From positions 1-38,639 of IMG/VR virus record IMGVR_UViG_3300031520_000012: DNA of 38,639 nt, one strand, 5' to 3'. The DNA comes from a virus (taxonomy: Duplodnaviria; Caudoviricetes). The notes under the pieces are model-generated. The model was not told the DNA's origin. It saw nothing but the letters and a program-made list of their open reading frames with translations, and did no database searches. Positions 18,292-25,031 of the stretch are shown one piece after another (the first letter of the stretch is position 1; each line of letters opens with the position of its first letter). Made by a program: the position numbers and the translations under genes.

Positions 18292-18845
18292 GCGGCCACT
18301 CCCTTAGCGACGGCTTCCTTGATCTTGCGGAACGCGTCCTGCGAGAGGCCCATCAGGGCAACCACCTGGCCGTCGGCATGATCGAGGCCGGAGCCGGGCT
18401 CCGGCGCCGGGCCGGGGCCCACGCCGCCGGACCGCAGGCTCGGCATGTCGGCGAGCCACGCCTCGGTGCCCTTGGCGTCCTGCATGTGGCGGGCGACGAA
18501 CTCCTCGCGGCGGCCGGCCAGGATCGGCTTGCCGGCGCGCATCGCCGCGTCGATCGCGGCTTCGGCCGAGCGGCGACGGTCGGCGGTCTCGAGCTCGACG
18601 ATGCGGCTCTGCAGCGCGGTCACCTCTTCGAGCGTCCCGGCGCCGGCGCCGCGCGCCTGCAGCGCCGTGGCGATCGCGCTCGCGTCGCTCCTGGCATCGA
18701 GCTTGGCCGCGCCGGCGATGGCCGCCAGCTGCTGGGCGTGGGCGGCGACGGCCTGGTGCGCGGCTGACGCGGCGGCGATCGCGGCCGCAGCGTCAACCGT
18801 CTCGGGCAGGCCGAGCGCCGTTCGGATCGCGGGAAGGAGGTCCAT
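18288..18845 (-). CDS. Scaffold protein Z (internal in-frame start within I)
   Basis: CAGGAACCTCGC-ATG before MDLLPAIRTALGL; Ala-rich coiled coil. Mu I/Z arrangement. Confidence 0.7.
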   Translation of the reverse strand: MDLLPAIRTALGLPETVDAAAAIAAASAAHQAVAAHAQQLAAIAGAAKLDARSDASAIATALQARGAGAGTLEEVTALQSRIVELETADRRRSAEAAIDAAMRAGKPILAGRREEFVARHMQDAKGTEAWLADMPSLRSGGVGPGPAPEPGSGLDHADGQVVALMGLSQDAFRKIKEAVAKGVAA

Positions 18846-19295
18846 GCGAGGTTCCTGGCTATGGAGGGAAGGAAGGTCGAGGTTCGGCGCGTTCGTGAGC
18901 GAGGCGCTCAACACGCGGGTGATGCGCATGCTGGCGGGGTCGTAGGAGAACTCCGGCGACACGCCACGATACTCGCGGCTGACGAGCAGGCGCTTGCCTT
19001 CGTCGGTCCACTTCACCCGGCCCCAGATGCCCCCGTCACGCGCCTGCAGCTCGGTGATCCAGCCGCGGGCTGGAGCGGGCACGCCAGACTTTAGCGAGTG
19101 CGCGGTAGCATGATCCTGATCGAACACGAGGTGCTTGCCGGGCCGCATGCTGGCGGCGATGACCGCCTCGGCGTTGTCCAGCACATACGGCCCGCGGCCA
19201 TCCTCCCCAGAAAAGGTCCCGCCGGGGACGAGCTTGACCCATTCTGGGGCACTCTCGCCGTCCGGCAGGATTGAGTGAAGGGAGGAAACGTGCAC
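18288..19295 (-). CDS. Prohead protease (Mu gpI) with in-frame C-terminal scaffold
   Basis: PEWV.L.P.G.F.G.DGRGP, D.DH, APA.GWI, WG.V.WT..G, EYR..SP.F, SLTN.PNL. Confidence 0.95.
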   Translation of the reverse strand: MHVSSLHSILPDGESAPEWVKLVPGGTFSGEDGRGPYVLDNAEAVIAASMRPGKHLVFDQDHATAHSLKSGVPAPARGWITELQARDGGIWGRVKWTDEGKRLLVSREYRGVSPEFSYDPASMRITRVLSASLTNAPNLDLPSLHSQEPRMDLLPAIRTALGLPETVDAAAAIAAASAAHQAVAAHAQQLAAIAGAAKLDARSDASAIATALQARGAGAGTLEEVTALQSRIVELETADRRRSAEAAIDAAMRAGKPILAGRREEFVARHMQDAKGTEAWLADMPSLRSGGVGPGPAPEPGSGLDHADGQVVALMGLSQDAFRKIKEAVAKGVAA

Positions 19296-19347
19296 CCCGG
19301 CATTATGTCCGGGGCCGAAATTCCAGTTAATCCCTGCGGGCGCAGGG
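19296..19347 (-). promoter_or_regulatory. Putative late promoter (PI equivalent)
   Basis: Perfect dyad ccctgc-gggc-gcaggg at 19332-19347, then TTAAC. A -10-like CATAAT lies 6 nt before GTG 19295. Confidence 0.78.
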
Positions 19348-19428
19348 GGCTTCGCCGAAGCGCTGTAGCCAGCTTGGGCGTCCGCCGCCCCGATATACTG
19401 ACGCGACCGACTTCAGCCGCCTAGCCCC

Positions 19429-19457
19429 GCTCTTAGCGCTCTTAAATGCTCTTAAAA
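19429..19457. repeat. Three phased GCTCTTA repeats in the G-I intergenic region
   Basis: gctctta at 19429, 19438 and 19448. Confidence 0.7.
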
Positions 19458-19466
19458 CCTCTCAGG

Positions 19467-19976
19467 CTATCTCGCACCCGGCAGCAGCACACTGACGGCG
19501 TCAAGCACCGCTTCCTCGTCGGCCGGACCGAAGCCGAGATAGGGGCGCGCCGGGACCGTCACGCTGCGCGCCAGCACCAGGTGGCCGCCGAGGTGGAAGG
19601 CGAGCGAGCGCGCCGTCTTCGGCCGGATCACGCCGCCGAATTGGTGGATCGCGGCGTAGACCTTGTTGCTGCCGACCTCGACCTGGTTGCGGGCGGCGGC
19701 GAAGGTGATGCTGCCCTTCAGGCCGCCGCTGTCGCCCATCTGTTGCAGGATCGGCATCGGCTTGCGCTGCTGGGCATAGGCCGGGTTCAGCGCCTTCCAG
19801 GGACGGCCTTGCGGATCGGTGCCGGCGTCGAACCGGTCGCGCGTCGTATGCTGCAAGCCGACGCCGATCGCGCGCATCAGCCCGAGCCGGCGCACAGGGT
19901 TGGAAATGTCGAGCTGGGCGAGGGCGCGGGTGAACGCTTCGTGGCGAAACTCGAAAGAGATGCGTGCGCCGGCCAT
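19467..19976 (-). CDS. Virion morphogenesis protein (Mu gpG / tail S family)
   Basis: LMRAIG..L...T.DRF....DP.G.PW..L, VGSNKVYAAIHQFGG, VPARPYLG. Confidence 0.95.
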   Translation of the reverse strand: MAGARISFEFRHEAFTRALAQLDISNPVRRLGLMRAIGVGLQHTTRDRFDAGTDPQGRPWKALNPAYAQQRKPMPILQQMGDSGGLKGSITFAAARNQVEVGSNKVYAAIHQFGGVIRPKTARSLAFHLGGHLVLARSVTVPARPYLGFGPADEEAVLDAVSVLLPGAR

Positions 19977-19998
19977 GGTGTCAGTCTATCATCGTCCT

Positions 19999-20095
19999 CG
20001 GTGCGTCGCGACGCGGTGATATTCTCCCTGCCGTAGCCCTGCTTTCGAGCGGGTAGCATTATGAGGGGTTGCCGGGAGGCCCCTCCGGCGCACCG
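19999..20095 (-). ncRNA. Candidate structured RNA overlapping the 3' end of the MuF-PBECR gene
   Basis: Closing stem CGGUGCG/CGCACCG, hairpins GAGGGG/CCCCUC, CCCGCU-CGAA-AGCAGGG and CGG/CCG, and loop-loop complementarity CUCCC/GGGAG. Predicted by eye only. Confidence 0.5.
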
Positions 20096-21282
20096 TCGGT
20101 TTCCTTCAGTAATGCCGCTGCGGTGCCGAGCAGCACTTGGTGCTTGCGCAACAGACGATCGACATCCTTGCGATCCGCTCGACGGAAACTGGTGACGAAC
20201 AGGCGATCGCCGGCGCGCGTCGACTTGACGAACGCGACCAGGATGGCGGGCCCGACCTGTCGCAGCAGGATCGCCTTGTGTGCCGTCTCGCGCAGCACGA
20301 GCTGCGGCGCCGCGAGCATCTCGGGCAAGCGCAGATAGTCCTCGCGGGTGAGCTCGCGATGCACGGCGCGCTGCTTGGCAATGCTGCCCGGAGACAGCTC
20401 GACCTGGTCGACCTTGGCGCCGATCGCCTCGCCGATCGCTTTGGGCAGCGCGCCGGCCGCGCCGCCGACTTCGCCCGAGAACGGATCGTCGACGAACTTG
20501 GAAAGCTCGACCAGCGGCGCCTCGGCCGGCGGGATCGGCACCCGCAGCGGTCGCAGCGGCGAGGTCGGCGTCTGCGGCGGCGGCTGCCCCTCTTGCCAGG
20601 CCCGCCCCGGGTTGTAGCCGAAGCCGGGATCGATGCCGTGCGGCACCTCGGTCTGCACCCGGCCGTCGCGCGAGCGCCAGGGCCGCATATCCAGCGGCGG
20701 CGCCTCATCCGGCCCGCGCTTGCCCTGGCGCCGCAACCCCGCCTCGCTGACCGGGCGCACGCTGCATTTGCAACGCCATCCGTTGGGCGGGTAGTGCGTC
20801 GACCACCAGCCGTCGTCGGCGCGCAGCGTGGTGCCGACCCAGGCCAGGTGTTGCGGCCGCGGATGCGCCGAGCTGGTGTGCATGTATTGCCAATAGGGAT
20901 AGACGCGCAGCGTGTCCGGTTCGGTCATCTGGGCATAGCGCCCGGCCGCGTAGGCAGTGCTGAGATTGGTTTCGTAGATGATCGAGGCGCGCCAGCCCGG
21001 CGTGCCGTTGTGCACCCAGCCGTGCTTGGCGACGATCGCGTCGAAATCCTTGCGGAATTCGGCGAGCGTGGTGCCCTGCTCGAGCGCCTTGCTGACCGCG
21101 ACCCGGAAGTCCTCGACGATGGCCTGGGTGGCGGCGCCGGCGACCATGAAGCTGCGCGTGTGCGCCTCGTTCCAGACGTCGGTCCAGCGCAGGCTGGTGG
21201 TGTTCGTCTTCTGCCGCAGGAACGTGATCGCCTCGGCCGGCGGCAGCGATGCGGCATCGAGCGTGCTGTGCGGATCAGCCAT
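20059..21282 (-). CDS. Head morphogenesis protein MuF (gp30) with C-terminal PBECR-like RNase domain
   Basis: MuF: F.VAGA, TL.EFRK.F, IYETN..TAY.AGR, PRPQH..W.G..L..DD.WW..HYPPNGW.C.C.V, GIDPGF.YNPG. C-terminus: KQRAVHREL...DY..LP..L..P..V...VKST..G..LFVTSFRR. Confidence 0.9.
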   Translation of the reverse strand: MADPHSTLDAASLPPAEAITFLRQKTNTTSLRWTDVWNEAHTRSFMVAGAATQAIVEDFRVAVSKALEQGTTLAEFRKDFDAIVAKHGWVHNGTPGWRASIIYETNLSTAYAAGRYAQMTEPDTLRVYPYWQYMHTSSAHPRPQHLAWVGTTLRADDGWWSTHYPPNGWRCKCSVRPVSEAGLRRQGKRGPDEAPPLDMRPWRSRDGRVQTEVPHGIDPGFGYNPGRAWQEGQPPPQTPTSPLRPLRVPIPPAEAPLVELSKFVDDPFSGEVGGAAGALPKAIGEAIGAKVDQVELSPGSIAKQRAVHRELTREDYLRLPEMLAAPQLVLRETAHKAILLRQVGPAILVAFVKSTRAGDRLFVTSFRRADRKDVDRLLRKHQVLLGTAAALLKETDGAPEGPPGNPS

Positions 21283-21454
21283 TCGGGGCGACCAGTCGTT
21301 TGATCTGCCGCCAGTCGTCCTGGATGTCCTGCACGCTAAGCCAGTCTGCCAACGCAGGCCGACGCGCGTTCCGCGGGGGCAGCAGTGAGCGCAGGATCGT
21401 CAGCGATTGGCCAGCATTGGTCACGCTGACGATCGTCTGGCTTTCATCGGGCAT
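21275..21454 (-). CDS. Small hypothetical protein (59 aa, not in ORF track)
   Basis: Hand translation MPDESQTIVSVTNAGQSLTILRSLLPPRNARRPALADWLSVQDIQDDWRQIKRLVAPNG. It fills the gap exactly and its stop overlaps the MuF start. Confidence 0.5.
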   Translation of the reverse strand: MPDESQTIVSVTNAGQSLTILRSLLPPRNARRPALADWLSVQDIQDDWRQIKRLVAPNG

Positions 21455-21460
21455 CGGCCC

Positions 21461-21739
21461 TTACAGCCCTTCCCGCGCGTTCTCCGCGAGCGCCCGGCGC
21501 ATCCCTTCTTCGGTCGCGTGCAAGATGCCCGGCAGGTCGGCCTGCAGGCGGCGGAGCTCCGGCCCGCGTTCGCTGGGCGGCAGCGCGCAGACCTCCTGCA
21601 TCAAGAGCGCGCAGAGCAGGGTGATCCGGCCGTCGAAGTCGAGCGGGAGCAGATGCGGTTGCATCTTGCGCATTGCTCTGAAGACGGCCGGCCACTGCTC
21701 CGGCGCCGGGCGCCGGTCCGGTCTGCGATCCGCGCTCAT
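21461..21739 (-). CDS. Hypothetical protein (92 aa)
   Basis: MSADRRPD... starts at an ATGA overlap with the portal stop. Confidence 0.65.
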   Translation of the reverse strand: MSADRRPDRRPAPEQWPAVFRAMRKMQPHLLPLDFDGRITLLCALLMQEVCALPPSERGPELRRLQADLPGILHATEEGMRRALAENAREGL

Positions 21740-23565
21740 GATCCAGCCCCCTTCAACTCGTCCAACAGCGCCGCCTGGCCGGTCAGGAAACCTACCGCGA
21801 TGCCGCGCTGCATGGCGGCCTGGAACGCCGCCGGGTCGAGCTGCAGGCGCTCGAGCCGGTCCCATAGATCGTGCATGTCGGACGCGTCGTCGATCGCGGC
21901 CCGCACCTGGTCGGTCAGCCCCTGCAACGCGGCCTGCGCGTCGAGGCCGAGCCGGCGTGTCAGCGCATCGATCAGCTCGGGGTCGACGGTCGACGGCAGC
22001 TCGGTGCGGAGCTGCAGCGCCTGTTTGGCGACCGGCTCCGCATTGCCTGTCTTCGCGTCATTGCCGGTCTTCGCGTCATTGCCGGTCTTCGCGTCATTGC
22101 CTGTCTTCGCGTCATTGCCTGTCTTCGCGTCATTGCCGGTCTTCGCGTCGAACGGTGCGTCCTTCGTGCGGGTCACCTGCGGCGGGCTGACCTCGGGCAC
22201 CGGCGGCGGCGGCGGTGCGCCGCCGATTACCTCGTCGCCGTCGGCCGGCTCGTCGAAGCCGATCCGCTCGCGCATCTGCTTGGCGGTGATCGTCAGCCCC
22301 TGCGGGCCGAGCCACTGCATCGTCTTGACGATGTCGTCGAGCGCCGTCTCGTCCGGACGGCCGATCAGCAAGCGTGGGTAAACCCGGCCGCCGGTCCGCA
22401 CGTAGGTCGGAAAGTTGAACGCGATCATCAGCGGCACGAGCTGCTCGCTGATCGTCACCGACAGCCCGCGCGCGTCGGCGCGCTCGATGTCCTCCTGCAC
22501 CAACCGGTGCTCCTTGGCGACCGCGTGGCCGCCGCTGACCGCGTCCGTCGTCGTGGTCTGGCCGAGCACGAGCTTGCTGACCTGGTAATCGAGCCAGTTG
22601 CAGCGGCGCTCATAGAGCTCGGCCGCCGCCATCGTGCCCTCCATCTTTTGGAACTCGATCTCCATCGACTTCGGAATGATCGCCGCGCAGTCGCCGGCGA
22701 TGTTGGCGACCGCCGACCACAGCACGTCGCGGTCGGAGGGCGAGCTTTCCGGGCCGTAGCGCCCGACCCGGATCGGCATGCCGTAGTTCTGCGTGAAGAC
22801 CGCCCAATCGCGCTGGGTGAAGGCCTTATACATCCAGGCCCATGACGCGACGCGCGCCACTCCCGAGCGCAGCAGGATGCCCGATTTGGCCTTGTGCCGG
22901 TGCACCAGGAATTTGTGCGCGGCCAGCGGCACCAGCCCGATCTGGCCGGGAAACAGGGCGCCGGGCAGCGCGCCGATGCCGGCCGGCACGAACGCGGGTT
23001 GCTCCAGCGCCTCGACCGACAGATCGCGCATCAGCACCGTCTCGCCGTCGGCACGGCTGACTTCGAACCACCGCGGCGAGCGATAGTCGAGCGCCCGCGG
23101 CTGGATGCCGTCCGGGCCCACCTCCCAATCGATCTCGGTGACGCTGTAGCCTTTGCCGATCGCGTCGAGCATGTCGAACAGCGCATTTTCCAGCGTTCCG
23201 CGCTTGATCCAGGCGCGCAGAAATTCTGCGTGCCGCTCGTGCTCCGGGTCCTCGCTCGCCGCCTCGACCTGGATCGGCAACTGGCTGACCTGGCGCCGCC
23301 GGGTCGACAGCACGCCGAGATAGTGCAGGTCGCGCTCTTCGATGTCCTCGGCCAGCTCCATGTAGGCCAGGCTGTCGCCCTCGGCCGCCGCGCGGTGGAT
23401 CGCGGACAGCTTGCGCGGCGTCATGCCGTCGGCGGGGAAGCCGGAAGCCACCGGCCTGACGCCGGCCAGCGTCGCCCCGGCCTGGGTCTCGCGCAGCCGC
23501 GCGATCGCGTCCGGCCGGATCGGCTGGCCGTATTGGTCGATCAGCTTCGGCAGGTCAGCAGGCAT
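21736..23565 (-). CDS. Portal protein (Mu gp29, DUF935)
   Basis: LIDQYG.P, LAEDIEERD.HY..VL.TR, DA.GKGYS..EI.W, DW..F...YGMP.RVG.Y, SK.VLGQT.TT. Confidence 0.96.
   Translation of the reverse strand: MPADLPKLIDQYGQPIRPDAIARLRETQAGATLAGVRPVASGFPADGMTPRKLSAIHRAAAEGDSLAYMELAEDIEERDLHYLGVLSTRRRQVSQLPIQVEAASEDPEHERHAEFLRAWIKRGTLENALFDMLDAIGKGYSVTEIDWEVGPDGIQPRALDYRSPRWFEVSRADGETVLMRDLSVEALEQPAFVPAGIGALPGALFPGQIGLVPLAAHKFLVHRHKAKSGILLRSGVARVASWAWMYKAFTQRDWAVFTQNYGMPIRVGRYGPESSPSDRDVLWSAVANIAGDCAAIIPKSMEIEFQKMEGTMAAAELYERRCNWLDYQVSKLVLGQTTTTDAVSGGHAVAKEHRLVQEDIERADARGLSVTISEQLVPLMIAFNFPTYVRTGGRVYPRLLIGRPDETALDDIVKTMQWLGPQGLTITAKQMRERIGFDEPADGDEVIGGAPPPPPVPEVSPPQVTRTKDAPFDAKTGNDAKTGNDAKTGNDAKTGNDAKTGNDAKTGNAEPVAKQALQLRTELPSTVDPELIDALTRRLGLDAQAALQGLTDQVRAAIDDASDMHDLWDRLERLQLDPAAFQAAMQRGIAVGFLTGQAALLDELKGAGS
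22041..22148. repeat. 6 x 18-bp tandem repeat in portal (DAKTGN)
   Basis: cattgcc(t/g)gtcttcgcgt x6. Confidence 0.95.
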
Positions 23566-23755
23566 AGACCTTGGCCTCGATCTGTTTCAGCGCCACTTGC
23601 TGACGTTCGCTGAGGCGCACGTCGGGACCGTAGCGCACCACCCGGGCCCGCATGGTGGACAGAAAGCTCTCGTCCCACGCCGACAGGCGCGGGCACGGCA
23701 GGGCGTCTTCGAGCAGCTCCTGCAAGGCGGCGAAGTCGCGCGCGGCCAGCGTCAT
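23555..23755 (-). CDS. Small hypothetical protein (66 aa)
   Basis: MTLAARDF...LSAWDESFL..M...YG....LSERQ...L..I; ATGA-coupled; resembles small phage proteins with an LS.KQ motif. Confidence 0.7.
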   Translation of the reverse strand: MTLAARDFAALQELLEDALPCPRLSAWDESFLSTMRARVVRYGPDVRLSERQQVALKQIEAKVYAC

Positions 23756-24531
23756 GCGGCGACCCCGAACGAGGCGACATCCGCGGCGAGCCGGTCGCGA
23801 TCGAGGCCCGCGGCATTGCGCCCAGAGGGCCCGATCAGCTGCGGGTGATAGACCGCGTGCGCCTCTTCGAGGCGCGAGCGCAGCCACCGCGTCGTGCAGT
23901 ATTGCCGCCGCCCCCAGGTCACCAGTTGCCACAGCGACGTCTCGTCCCAGCCGTCATAGGCCCAGCACAGCAGCGCGTGCGCGCCCCAGCTGCCGGGCCT
24001 GGGATCGCCCTGGCTGGCGGGCGTCTTGGTGTCCCACACGCCGCCAACCTGATCGGCCTCAGCCAGGTTGACCCCCAAATAGCCGCATCCCATGCGCGCG
24101 GTGACCAGGCGCAGCAGGTTGAGATCGTCGGTCGGCAAATTGGCCCACAAACCGACGAACGACGTCTGGCCGCCGGTCGCAAAGCCATGCCGCGCCTGCC
24201 AGCTCAGCATCTGCACTTCGACGCAGCCGCCATCCGTCGCGGGACGCGCTGGGTCGAACCCGGTCACCTGGCGGTAGAGGTCGACGATCGCCACGTCGGG
24301 GATCGACAGGTCGAAGCCGGCCAGCGCCGCTTGCGCGTGCAGCGCGTTGGCCAGCGCCACGGCGGTGCAATCGCCGTAGCGATCGTTGCCGCCCATCGTC
24401 GGGCGCAACGGCACATCCTCGCGATACAGGCGCAGCGGCGCCGTCGCCTGCCCGATCGGATGCGCGTCCAGCGTCGGCACGCCCGGCGGGATCGCGACCG
24501 CGACCCGGCCGAGCTGCATCCGGGCGAACAT
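23752..24531 (-). CDS. Papain-like (clan CA) cysteine peptidase
   Basis: MGGNDRYGDCT (Cys), D.GC, WGAHAL...AYD (His), LVTWG; TGATG-coupled start MFARMQLGR. Confidence 0.75.
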   Translation of the reverse strand: MFARMQLGRVAVAIPPGVPTLDAHPIGQATAPLRLYREDVPLRPTMGGNDRYGDCTAVALANALHAQAALAGFDLSIPDVAIVDLYRQVTGFDPARPATDGGCVEVQMLSWQARHGFATGGQTSFVGLWANLPTDDLNLLRLVTARMGCGYLGVNLAEADQVGGVWDTKTPASQGDPRPGSWGAHALLCWAYDGWDETSLWQLVTWGRRQYCTTRWLRSRLEEAHAVYHPQLIGPSGRNAAGLDRDRLAADVASFGVAA

Positions 24532-25007
24532 CAGCCGCGCGGCGCGCTCTGCAGCACGCGCAGCGCCTGGCCCGGGCTCATCGCGCCGGCCGCCGGCGCT
24601 GGCGTCGGCGCCGGCACGATCGCGGCCTCCGCCACCGGCAGCAGCACCCTCAGTGCCAACACGAGCTGCTGCACCGATGCGGGCAGCGAGAGGTTCTCCG
24701 CCACCGCCAGCGCATCCTCGACTGCCGCCTGCACCGATTTGACCGTCGGCACCGCCGCGGCCGCTTGTAGACCCGGCGCCAATCCGGCGATTGCGGTGCG
24801 CGCCAGGTCGGCGTCGGCCTGGATGCGGGCGACGAGGGTGGGCGACGCGCCTGCGATCTGCGCCTCGGTCGCGGCGATCGACAGCAACCCGTTCGCGATC
24901 GCCTGGTATCGCGCGACCGTGTCGGCCGACACGCCCGGGCCGCCCGGCCCCGCGCACCCCGCCAGCAACGCGGCCGCGATCGACATCCCCAACAGCTTCT
25001 TACGCAT
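24531..25007 (-). CDS. Lipoprotein
   Basis: MRKKLLGMSIAAALLAG-C lipobox; AAGGA RBS; Ala-rich helical body. Confidence 0.85.
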   Translation of the reverse strand: MRKKLLGMSIAAALLAGCAGPGGPGVSADTVARYQAIANGLLSIAATEAQIAGASPTLVARIQADADLARTAIAGLAPGLQAAAAVPTVKSVQAAVEDALAVAENLSLPASVQQLVLALRVLLPVAEAAIVPAPTPAPAAGAMSPGQALRVLQSAPRG

Positions 25008-25031
25008 CTCTGTTTCCTTTCTGGTCATCGT

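Noticed and set aside
19442-19455. CtrA box (TTAA-N7-TTAA)
   Set aside because: The spacing is N6. The TTAAC in the late promoters is only a half-site and is better explained as part of the phage promoter.
19877-20059. 60-aa ORF after MuF as an immunity protein
   Set aside because: It starts at a TAATG overlap, but runs 100 bp out of frame into gene G and has no protein-like features. It is not fully excluded without Ribo-seq.
19999-20095. The candidate RNA as an HDV-like, twister or pistol ribozyme, a tRNA, a terminator or an activator site
   Set aside because: It lacks the HDV P3/L3, twister and pistol conserved cores, the tRNA T-loop/CCA and a U-tract. Its two GCAGGG are direct repeats, not the dyad at promoter spacing.
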